The notes under the pieces are model-generated. The model saw nothing but the letters and a program-made list of their open reading frames with translations, did no database searches and had not been told where the DNA came from. The translations under genes and the position numbers were made by a program. From an uncultured Acidobacteriota bacterium (lineage in GTDB: Bacteria > Acidobacteriota > Vicinamibacteria > Vicinamibacterales > CAVVIG01), in contig CAWGDD010000010.1 of the NCBI GenBank assembly GCA_963821285.1, positions 530,715 through 594,714 on the forward strand: 64,000 bases of DNA. Reading direction: 5' to 3'. Positions 1 through 10,172 of the stretch are shown here, one piece after another (the stretch's first letter is position 1; every line of letters starts with the position of its first letter).

Positions 1-179
1 CGGCCGTACGCGTCGCCGAGATCGACCGGCTTGATGTCCCGTGTGTCGATGCTGCGGGTCAGGGCCGCGTAGCCGTCGCGCAGCTGATCCTGGACGGACG
101 GCGCCGCGTGCGAAAGGTCCGGCAGCGTGAGGCGGCGCAGATCGGCCGGCCGCGGCGTCGACGAACACGCGGCCGCCAT
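1..179 (-). CDS. hypothetical protein, N-terminal fragment continuing past the left window edge
   Basis: The minus-strand frame stays open from ATG (177-179) to the edge (MAAACSSTPRPADLRRLTLPDLSHAAPSVQDQLRDGYAALT...). It is absent from the ORF track because no stop lies in the window. An upstream TTG (228-230) would add a lipoprotein-like leader, but it lies inside the terminator hairpin, so the start is uncertain. Confidence 0.3.
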   Translation of the reverse strand, partial: MAAACSSTPRPADLRRLTLPDLSHAAPSVQDQLRDGYAALTRSIDTRDIKPVDLGDAYG

Positions 180-201
180 GAAGGCGGGCACCAAAAGAAA
201 A

Positions 202-263
202 AACGCAAAACGGAAAACGCAAAACGGCAACCGGGCCCGTTCCTGCGTCTTCCGCCTTGCGTT
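202..263 (-). terminator. word-hairpin W1, likely Rho-independent terminator on the minus strand
   Basis: Left arm 202-227 is AACGCAAAACGG repeated. Right arm 237-263 is CCGTTCCTGCGTCTTCCGCCTTGCGTT. I count 21 Watson-Crick pairs plus 5 A-C mismatches on the plus strand. All 5 become G-U wobbles in minus-strand RNA, giving a 26-bp helix with one bulge and a 9-nt loop. The helix is followed on the minus strand by UUUUCUUUUGG (reverse complement of 181-201). Confidence 0.65.
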
Positions 264-285
264 CAGCGGTTCGACGTGCCGCGTC

Positions 286-1124
286 TTACGGTACTTCTTG
301 CGCAGGTGGCCGTAGAGCAGCTCTTCGGAGAACTCCACGCACTTGAACTCCAGCAGCTGGAAGTTCTTCTCGGTGTGCTTGTAGAGCACCGTGCTGAGCT
401 TCCAGGGACGCGTGAAGAGCTTCGCGTCTTCGATGGTCGCCTCGTAGTTGATGTGATCCGCGTCGGCCAGCGTGTAGCGCTCGACGACGTGGGTCGTGTC
501 GGTGGTGTAGTTGCCGGCGCGGTCGAGCCACGCGTTGCCGTTGAGGCCGGTGACGTCGACGACCAGCGTGTCGCCTTCCCACTTGCCGTTCGACCAGCCC
601 ATCCAGCTGTCCACCGGCGCTTCGGTCGGCTTGCCCATGTTCACCACGCGGTTGGCCGACGCATATTCGTAGGCGAACAGGATGTTCTGGGGGCTCTGGA
701 CGATCTGGAAGGGAAACGGCATGTACGTCGCGCGCGGGAGGCCCGGCATGTAGCACTTGACCTCGGGGTCGAGCGTCAGGCGGTTGCGTGCGTTGTCGTC
801 GCGCTTGGTCTTCGCGGCCGGCGTGTACGGGATATCGCCGCCCTCGACGATGCCCTGGCCGGCCGGGATCGCGCCGGTGGCGCCGAGCTGGAAGAACGGT
901 CCGGCCGACGCGCCGTGGTCCTCGAGATTCCAGTTCGAGTTGACCATGACCTGCCAGATGCCGTTCAAGTTCGGCTTGCCGTCCGCCGTGCGCGGCACGC
1001 GCGCGGCAGCAGCGCCGCCGCGGCCCGCGGGCGCCTGGCCTCGCAGCACGGCAGGCACGACCGCCAGCGACACGACTGCCGCGACGCCGGCCGCAATCAA
1101 CACACCTCTGAACGAATTTCGCAT
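286..1124 (-). CDS. secreted protein, uncharacterised S-family paralog 1 (no in-frame stop codon)
   Basis: ATG at 1122-1124 is preceded by GAGGAG. Signal peptide MRNSFRGVLIAAGVAAVVSLAVVPAVLRGQA. The core GKWEGDTLVVDVTGLNGNAWLDRAGNYTTDTTHVVERY...EDAKLFTRPW is shared with 1903-2919 and four more ORFs. The frame runs through hairpin W1 to the window edge. TAA at 286-288 is one frame off, so an indel near 289-300 is suspected. Confidence 0.7.
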
Positions 1125-1362
1125 GGACCGATCTCCTCGTGAAACCCGCTCCGGCCGACCCACGACATGGGTCGAACTCGGGCGGCCCTTACTTAATTCA
1201 TGTCTGAACCAGGATTTCGAACAAACTTCTACCCGAAGTCGAGCGCCGGTGTCAACGTGGAGAGGTCATTGAGAACGCGGAGGGAAAGGGTATGGGATGC
1301 CCTGGAGCGCATACTCCGAGGCATCCCATGCCGACAGTCTCAGACAACAGAGCGGCGGGCCG

Positions 1363-1776
1363 CTATTCCTTGCGTTCGTCCGGCGCCCCAGTGCCCTGGG
1401 AGCCGACGAAGAGCTTCTTGCCGTCCTTGAAGGTGATATCGCGGCCGTTGGCGCGGTTGGCGCCGTCTTTCGCCTGATAGCCTTCGATGACGATCTCGGT
1501 GCCCGGCAGCAGCGAGTTCTTCGTCCAGCCGCGGCGGAGGAGTGCGTTCGGCGCGCCGGCTTCCACCATCCAGTTCGTGACGGTGCCGTCGGTGTTCTTC
1601 ACGTCGATGTAGATCCACGCGTGCGGATTGATCCACTCCATCTTCGTCACCGTTCCCGAAAGCTTGACGGGTCTCTTGGCGTCAAACTCGGCGGCGAAGG
1701 AGTGGTGGGCGAGTACCGGCACGGCCGCCAGGAGCAAACCGAGACCGGCAATCATCAAGGACAACTTCGTTCGCAT
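1363..1776 (-). CDS. small secreted protein, DUF6152-like (family name from memory), copy 1
   Basis: ORF-track ORF of 137 aa. Signal peptide ends ...VPVLA, followed by HHSFAAEFD. It shares W(I/T)NPH and a beta-rich body with 17382-17768 and 54208-54609. Confidence 0.75.
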   Translation of the reverse strand: MRTKLSLMIAGLGLLLAAVPVLAHHSFAAEFDAKRPVKLSGTVTKMEWINPHAWIYIDVKNTDGTVTNWMVEAGAPNALLRRGWTKNSLLPGTEIVIEGYQAKDGANRANGRDITFKDGKKLFVGSQGTGAPDERKE

Positions 1777-1902
1777 CGAAAACCTCCCGCTAGTTAGTGC
1801 TTGGGCCTATCTTAGTCGATGTTGGCGGACTCGCCAACTGATCCAACGGATTATCGGTCAATGCCTTAGCGGGCCACAGTTTACAACCCCTGCCGCACCA
1901 AG

Positions 1903-2915
1903 TCACCTACCCGTTTGAGCGGCGGGCGCCTGCCGCTCCTCAGCACGGGCCGCGGTGAGGATGTTGTGCAGGCCGTAATTGCCTTCATGACAGGCGTATT
2001 CGAAGGGTGCCTGCGTCGCGTCCTTCGTCAGGTTCATGGCAAACGTCCACGGCCTGGCCCACGTCGCCGCGTCGTCGAACGTGACGGACCACTCGACCCG
2101 GTTCGGTCCAACGGGCTTGAACCGTTCGACGACGCGCAGCTTCTCGCTGGCGCCGCGATTGGCCGCCTGCGGCAGGAAATTGGTCGTCTCGACGACCAGC
2201 GTGCTGCCGTCCCAATGCCCACGCGCATCGCCCATGTAGGTCTGGATCTTCGATCCGACGTGCGCGCGCTCGTCGAGCGGAATGATCCGCGTTTCGTGAA
2301 TCATCTCGTAGCGGATGGCCACGACGCCCGGGCTCTGGTGGATCTGATACGAGTTGCCGTAGATGGCCGGCATCATCGAGCCCGGAAGGCCCCGCGTGAT
2401 GCACTGGTCGTAGAGGCTCCGATCCTCGTACGAGTCCGCCGGGCCGCGGCCCGCGCGTGCCGCCGCGCGCGCGGCGGCGCGCTTCTCGGCCTCGGGCACG
2501 GTCGCCGGGATCCGGCCGTCCGCAGGATCCGTGATCAGCCACGGACGGCTGTTCTTCGCGTCGTAGTGTTCGTACCAGTGCACCGGGCCGGCGCCCGTTT
2601 CGGCTCCGCCGATGCCCGGCGCGCGCGTCACGCTCGCCTCGTTCCGCGCCTTGACGATTTCCGTGAACTCGGACTCATCGACATCTTCGAGCTTCTTGCC
2701 CGCGAACTCGCTCGGCCGCTCGACGGGAATGCCGTTCTCGTCCTTGTTGGTGTAGACGCCGGCCAGATCCGGGTCGCCCCACGCGGTCCGCGGGGGTGTG
2801 TAGGCTTTCGCCGGCGCTTTTTTCGACGCAGGCGCCTGGGTCTGGGCCGCCGTCGGGATGGACGCATAGACGAACACGAGGACGATCGCCAACCGCATCG
2901 TCACCACGGGTCGCT

Positions 2916-2919
<4 letters not shown>
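1903..2919 (-). CDS. secreted protein, uncharacterised S-family paralog 2
   Basis: ORF-track ORF of 338 aa with a signal peptide. C-terminal core GHWDGSTLVVETTNF...LRVVERF...DDAATWARPW aligns by eye with paralog 1. Confidence 0.75.
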
Positions 2920-4880
<1,961 letters not shown>

Positions 4881-4894
4881 GGGCGCGAGTATAC

Positions 4895-5063
4895 GTCCTT
4901 GGGCCTTGGGCCTTGGTTCCCGGTCCGTTCTTGGTCCCAGGTCCGTTCGCGGGGCCGTCGTCCTGTTTCCGAGCAAGGACGCATCTACGCAGGACCGCAG
5001 ACCGCCGCACCAGGGACCAGGAACAAAGGACGGACCAAGAACAAGGGGCCAAGACCCAAGGAC
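4895..5063. repeat. word-hairpin W2 (GTCCTTGG / GTTCTTGGTCC word family)
   Basis: The left arm is GTCCTTGGGCCTTGGGCCTTGGTTCCCGGTCCGTTCTTGGTCCCAGGTCC. The right arm is GGGACCAGGAACAAAGGACGGACCAAGAACAAGGGGCCAAGACCCAAGGAC, its imperfect reverse complement. The centre is about 60 nt. It lies between the lipoprotein stop (5092) and the synthetase start (4880). Confidence 0.75.
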
Positions 5064-5091
5064 TCGCGGCTATGCCGAAACGAAAGACGCG

Positions 5092-5574
5092 TTACGGGGG
5101 CGTGAGGCACCCGCGCGGCGTCGTCTGCCAGGGCAGGTCCTGAAGCACGGTGCGACCCTGCCCGGCCGTGCGCACGACGTCGGCCGAGCTGGCGTTGCAG
5201 CGATCGCGGTTGGGACCCGACAGATGGACACGGAACCTTTCACCGGGATTGACCTGCTTCGGCGTCACTTCGAAGGACGTCGCAAGCGGCGACAACGGCA
5301 CCTCGTGCCGCTCCGGAACGACATCTCTGAACACGTCTGTCGAACACAGCATCGGCGCAGCCGTCAGACCGCGAAAGCTGGCGCAGCGCGCCTGGTCATC
5401 GAGGAGGGTGAGTTGAGAGGCGTTCCACACGTCCACGGACATCGTGCCATCGGTCGCGAAGAACCCGGGGTTGACGACGACGACGAGAGTGACGGAATCC
5501 CCCGGTGATGGAGCCACCACCAGGAGGCAGGCGCTCATCGCCATCGTCACGCCCAGGAGCATGAGCACGCGCAT
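5092..5574 (-). CDS. hypothetical lipoprotein
   Basis: The internal start MRVLMLLGVTMAMSAC gives a lipobox-like signal. No recognisable domain. Confidence 0.55.
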   Translation of the reverse strand: MRVLMLLGVTMAMSACLLVVAPSPGDSVTLVVVVNPGFFATDGTMSVDVWNASQLTLLDDQARCASFRGLTAAPMLCSTDVFRDVVPERHEVPLSPLATSFEVTPKQVNPGERFRVHLSGPNRDRCNASSADVVRTAGQGRTVLQDLPWQTTPRGCLTPP

Positions 5575-5657
5575 GGTCTGTCCGATCAGATTCTGCGTCC
5601 GGGCCACGGACAACGCAATGGACAGGTTTGTAACCGCTCTTGATGTAACCTCAAGCG

Positions 5658-6656
5658 GTGACTGACGCCCGCAGCTCGTTCAAAGTCTTCCGGATTGCCG
5701 ACAACGGGGGCCGGATTGCCGGCGCGATCGTGGACGCCACGCTCGACGAACTGAGCCCCGGGGACGTCGTGATTGCGGCCGAGTACTCGAGCGTCAACTA
5801 CAAGGACGCGCTGGCGGCCACGGGCGCCGCGAAGATCCTCAAGCGCATGCCGCTCGTGGGCGGCATCGACGTCGCCGGCACCGTGGCGTCAAGCACCGAC
5901 GCGCGGTTCCGGGAGGGCGACCAGGTCCTCGTCACCGGCTACGACCTGGGCGTCGCCAACGACGGTGGCTACTCCGCGTATGTGCGCGTGCCCGCCGACT
6001 GGGTGGTCAAGATTCCCGCCGGATTGACCGCGCGCGACGCGATGACGCTCGGCACGGCCGGATTCACCGCCGCAAGGTCCGTCATCCGCCTCGAACAGAA
6101 CGGCCTCACGCCGGGTTCAGGGCCCGTCATCGTCACGGGCGCGACCGGCGGCGTCGGCAGCATCGCGGTCGCCATTCTTGCGGGCCTTGGCTACCAGGTG
6201 ACCGCGATGACCGGCAAGGACGCCGAGCACGCGTACCTGAGATCGCTGGGCGCGGCGGAGATTCTGCCGCGATCGGCGGCCCAGAAAAGTCAGCGGCCGC
6301 TCGAGAAGGCAACGTGGGCGGGCGCGGTCGATCCCGTGGGCGGCGACACGCTCGCGTGGCTCACCAGGACGATGAACTACGGCGCAAGCATCGCGAACTC
6401 CGGGCTGACGGGCGGCACCGAACTCCACACCACCGTGGTGCCGTTCATCCTGCGCGGTATCAACCTGCTGGGGATCGATTCCGTGACGTGTCCGATGGTG
6501 CCGCGGCTCGAGATCTGGCGGCGCCTGGCGACCGACATGAAGCCGACGATGCTGGCGTCCATCGCCCGCGAGATCGACCTCGCGGGCCTCCCCGACGCGT
6601 TTGCGACGCTCGCCGCCGGCAACGCCCGCGGCCGCTTCATCGTCAAGCTGCCGTAG
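5658..6656 (+). CDS. acuI: acrylyl-CoA reductase / YhdH-type NADPH:quinone oxidoreductase (MDR family)
   Basis: 332 aa. SSVNYKDALA, GIDVAGTV, GTAGFTA and VTGATGGVGSIAV (Rossmann) are typical of the YhdH/AcuI subgroup. Confidence 0.8.
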   Translation: MTDARSSFKVFRIADNGGRIAGAIVDATLDELSPGDVVIAAEYSSVNYKDALAATGAAKILKRMPLVGGIDVAGTVASSTDARFREGDQVLVTGYDLGVANDGGYSAYVRVPADWVVKIPAGLTARDAMTLGTAGFTAARSVIRLEQNGLTPGSGPVIVTGATGGVGSIAVAILAGLGYQVTAMTGKDAEHAYLRSLGAAEILPRSAAQKSQRPLEKATWAGAVDPVGGDTLAWLTRTMNYGASIANSGLTGGTELHTTVVPFILRGINLLGIDSVTCPMVPRLEIWRRLATDMKPTMLASIAREIDLAGLPDAFATLAAGNARGRFIVKLP

Positions 6657-7030
6657 CGAAGTAGCGCGGGCCTTTCAGGCCCGCCGTTGTCGGCGCGGTC
6701 CAGCACGACGGATATCGAGGAATCGATCCGATGCCGAAAACCACGACTCCAGCCGTGATGTACGGGCTCGACATCCAGACCGAGCCATAGACGAGGACGG
6801 CCAGGCCAACTCCCCTGCACCGCTCTGGCCGTTGAACAGTCGCCCCACAGGCCGGTCGGTTCGATGACGCCTGTACCGACGAGCACTGTTCCCAGTACCG
6901 CGCCGACACCAATTGCGGTGGCAAGGCCGACAACGAGCACTTCCCACAGCCTGAGCGGCGGCCCAAACAGCCACGTGCCACCCACGCACGCGGCGAGGAG
7001 GATGGCGAATTGAATCTTGTCGTTCTTCAT
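6643..7030 (-). CDS. small hydrophobic membrane protein, apparently frameshifted
   Basis: ATG at 7030 (MKNDKIQFAILLAACVGGTWLFGPP...VLVVGLATAIGVGAVLGTVLVGTG). A second hydrophobic stretch (GLAVLVYGSVWMSSPYITAGVVVFGIGSI) lies in another frame (ORF 6643..6981). The end is uncertain. Confidence 0.35.
6661..6686 (+). repeat. REP element (GTAG head plus GC-rich hairpin)
   Basis: The sequence is GTAGCGCGGGCCTTTCAGGCCCGCCG. It is preceded by a second GTAG that contains the acuI stop codon (TAG, 6654-6656). Confidence 0.7.
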
Positions 7031-7032
7031 GT

Positions 7033-7655
7033 CTACTGCCCTCGGGCGCCGGCTTCGACAGGTACGCCTTCGACGCCGCCTCGTCCTTGAGCGGCGTGAC
7101 CTTGTCGGGATCGATGCGCACCATCAGGTAGTCGATGTGGTCGTCGATCTTCGTGAACAGATGCCCGGTCCCGGCCGGAATGACGACGACGTCGCCAGGC
7201 TTGAGCTGGTACGTGACGCCGTTGCGGATGGCCGACCCGTTGTTGCCGGGCCCGTTGAACTCGCGCACCGTCAGCTGCGTGGCGGGACGCCGTTGCCGGT
7301 TCGTGATGTCAGGGCCGACCATGAGCGTCGCCGTGCCGTCCACGATGTGATAGACCTCGCTGACCTGATCGTGTTCGGCGACGGAATCCGGCGCCGGCGC
7401 GTCCAGCTTGCCGCGATGCACCATGCCGATGCCCACGTGCGCCTTGCCGATCTCGACGTCCCGCACCTGCTGATCCAGCAGTCTCTCGTCGATGGCTTTC
7501 TTCGTGTACGCCTGGAGCTCGCTGAGCGGGATGTACTGTCCGGGGCACATGTAACACGTGGGCTGCGGGTCGGTGGGGTTGAGCCGCGCCTGCGCTGCCA
7601 GCGCGGCGACGGCGCACAACGCTCCGGCGATGCCGATGACGATGGTCTGTTTCAT
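7033..7655 (-). CDS. secreted cupin-domain protein
   Basis: Signal peptide MKQTIVIGIAGALCAVAALAAQA. Cupin-like HIVDGTATL...GDVVVIPAGTGHLF. The ORF-track frame (6675..7655) lacks a stop and would overlap the next gene. An out-of-frame TAG at 7033-7035 sits just before the next ATG, suggesting an indel near the 3' end. Confidence 0.65.
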
Positions 7656-7674
7656 GAGGAGCCCCTTTAGTTGA

Positions 7675-9601
7675 TCACTTGTCGGGAAGGAATTCTACGG
7701 CCACGACGGCCTTTTCGCCCGCTGGCTGGCCGGTGTCGCGCCACGTGACGTAGACGCGCATCGGCCGCGGCACGGCACCGCATTTGACGCCGCCGTCCAG
7801 GTCGTTCCGGTACGCGATGAAGTCCACCTCGTTCAGGCGACCGGCGAGCGGACCGGGAGCACCGGCTTCCGCCAGATGAAACGTGGCCTTGCCTCCGGCC
7901 ACGCAGTCGATGCGATCGAGCGTGCCTTCGGCGCGGGCCTCGCCAGCCTGAACCACACGGTAATCCGGGATGAATCGCGGCCGGCCGTCGTCCGGGGAGC
8001 GCGGCTGATCGATGCCGGGGACAGGGATGGACTTGGAGCCCGAGGCGGCGAGGAACGCCGACAGGTCGTCTTTCGCGCCCGTGCGCCGGCGATCCTCTGC
8101 GTTGACGATGTACGTCATGAGGCTGCGGGCCGAGTCGCGCACGCCGGGCGGATACATGCCGGTCATGAGCGGTCCGACAACCGTGCGTGCAGCCGCGAAC
8201 TCGCCGCGCCGGGCCAGAATCTGCGCCTGAATGAACGCGTAGTCGTAGCGGCCGGGCGTCAGCGCCCGTGCGCGCGAGATGGCCGCGACGGCTTCATCCG
8301 AGGGGTCGTCCGGGCCAGGGAGGTCCAGCGCGGCACGGTGGGCGAGCACGTTGGGCATCTCCGCGCGGTCGCCGCTCACCGTGTCCAGCTGCCGGCGCGC
8401 GGCCTGAATGAGGCTGACGTTCGCCGACCCGGCGATGCCAACGCCCGCCAGGTCGGCCATCGCCATCGCCGCGCTGTAGGCGACGAGCCAGTCGTCGCTC
8501 TTGCCGAGCGCGATCAGGCGATTCTCGGCGCTGCCGTACTGCTGGCGGCCCATCTCGAGCTGCGCCATGGCGATGGTGGCGCGCGGGCTGGCCGGGTCGG
8601 CCTTGAGCGCGAGGTCGAGCTGAGCGGCAGCCTCTTCGTACTGCTGGTGCTGGACGAGGTACGTTCCCAGAAAGGCGGCGACCTCGCCGGGCGACAGGAC
8701 GGTCGGCGCCGCGGCGAACGCGGCGACCCTGGCCGGCAGCTCGACCACGACCGTGTTGTACAGCTCGCGGGTCAGGTAGACCCGGAGGTCCTGCTCCATC
8801 CGCGCCGTTCCGAACGTCTCCTCCCAGGCCCGTGCCTCCGGAACGCCGTCGCCGACGCTGCGCAAGTAGGTCGAGAGCTGGGCCACGCGGCTGGGCTCGC
8901 CGTTGAGCACCATGTGCGTCAGCGCCCACGATTCCGCATAGAACACCGAGGCACGGGCCGACTCGTTGTAGAGCGGCGATCGCGCGTCCACCTTCAGCAG
9001 ATCCGCGAGCGGCACGCGGCCGGAGTTCCTCAGCAGCTGCAGGTGTTCGCCGATCGCCAGGCCGATCTGCGCCTGCTTGCCGCCGCCCATCAGCCGGAAC
9101 GTGCTGTAGAACTCGGCCAGCCCCTCGTTCAGCCAGACGGGAGGGTTCGGCATGACGTTGGAGACGATGAGATGCGCGTACTCGTGAAAGATGATGCGGT
9201 CGGTGGCGACACCGCCGCTCTGCACGAGGATGTAATTGAGGTTGGCGCCCGGGGCGAAAAACCCCAGGACATCCGTGCGCGGCTTGCCCTGGTAGGTCGG
9301 CTTGAACGGGTTGAACGCCTTCTCGTCTGAAAAGACGATGATGATCGTCGGCACGGCCGCGGCTGTCGCGCGTTCGCTGATGGCGTGGCTCAGCGCTTCG
9401 CGGAAGCCTTCGAACTTGACCGCGATGTCGCGCAGTTCGCGCGCGCTCACGTCGCCGACGACCGTGAAGTTCGGGCTGTCGAGCCGGCGCCATTCGGCGG
9501 CGCACGGCGCGGCCAGCGAGGATCACGGCGAGCGCAGCCAGAACCACGCTGCGAACACGATCACGTAGCCACAGAGGCACAGAGGCCACAGAGCTTCGCA
9601 T
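7675..9601 (-). CDS. Peptidase_MA_2-like putative metalloprotease with C-terminal TPR-like repeats (one frameshift near 9500-9520)
   Basis: HEYAHL (HExxH) followed by WLNEGLAEFYS. The helical repeat region is Ala/Leu-rich. The N-terminal signal (MRSSVASVPLWLRDRVRSVVLAALAVILA) is in the frame of ORF 8294..9601. The body (AEWRRLDSPNFTVVGDVSARELRDIAVKFEGF...) is in the frame of ORF 7675..9450. Confidence 0.7.
9565..9594. repeat. one-armed tandem word repeat W8 (CACAGAGG x3) with GTAG head
   Basis: The sequence is GTAGCCACAGAGGCACAGAGGCCACAGAGC, with no inverted partner nearby. It encodes residues 3-12 of the predicted N-terminus of the 7675-9601 gene. Confidence 0.55.
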
Positions 9602-9607
9602 CGGCTC

Positions 9608-10045
9608 CTACGGCTTCGCCGTGACGGCGCCCCATTCCTCGGGCGAGACGTCGGCGATGTGCTGCGAGAACGTCCACCAGTGGCCGAACGGATCCTGGAT
9701 GGTGCACTGCCGCTCGCCGAACGGCATGTCCCCCGGTTCCATGAGCACGCGCGCGCCGGCCTGCTTCGCGCGGTCGAACTGGCGATTGACGTCGGGCACG
9801 TGCACGACCACGTACTGGGAAGGTGGGCTGCCGTCGGGCGCCTTCATCGGTCCACCCTGGAGTCCGATCATGATGGCGCACTCGGCCACCTCGAGTTGCG
9901 CGTGGCCAATCACGCCGTCGCGTTTGGCGCGGAGGCGTTCCTTGAACCCGAACGCGTTACACAGCCAGTCGATCGCCTTGCCGACGTCCGGGTAGATCAG
10001 GACCGGAACGACGGTCGCGGTGGGCGCCGAACGATTCGTGGTCAT
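9608..10045 (-). CDS. VOC / glyoxalase-bleomycin resistance family protein
   Basis: Start taken at the internal Met (MTTNRSAPTATVVPVLIYPDVGKAIDWLCNAFGF...). Fold-typical pattern: ...HAQLEV...MIG... and PFGERQCTIQDPFGHWWTF. Confidence 0.8.
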   Translation of the reverse strand: MTTNRSAPTATVVPVLIYPDVGKAIDWLCNAFGFKERLRAKRDGVIGHAQLEVAECAIMIGLQGGPMKAPDGSPPSQYVVVHVPDVNRQFDRAKQAGARVLMEPGDMPFGERQCTIQDPFGHWWTFSQHIADVSPEEWGAVTAKP

Positions 10046-10119
10046 GGATCTATCCACAAGCCTTCCAAGATCCGCGGATAGTAGCACGCTCGGTCGATTG
10101 ATTCTCGGGGTACAAGAGA

Positions 10120-10147
10120 ACGCCGGCCCGAGGAACCGGGCCGGCGT
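10120..10147 (-). terminator. GC-rich hairpin downstream of the ACIII-like operon
   Basis: ACGCCGGCCCG-AGGAAC-CGGGCCGGCGT forms a perfect 11-bp stem about 26 nt after the stop at 10173. It is followed on the minus strand by UCUCUUGU, a weak U-tract. Confidence 0.5.
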
Positions 10148-10172
10148 ACGTGTGAATTGGAGACTCGCTTGA

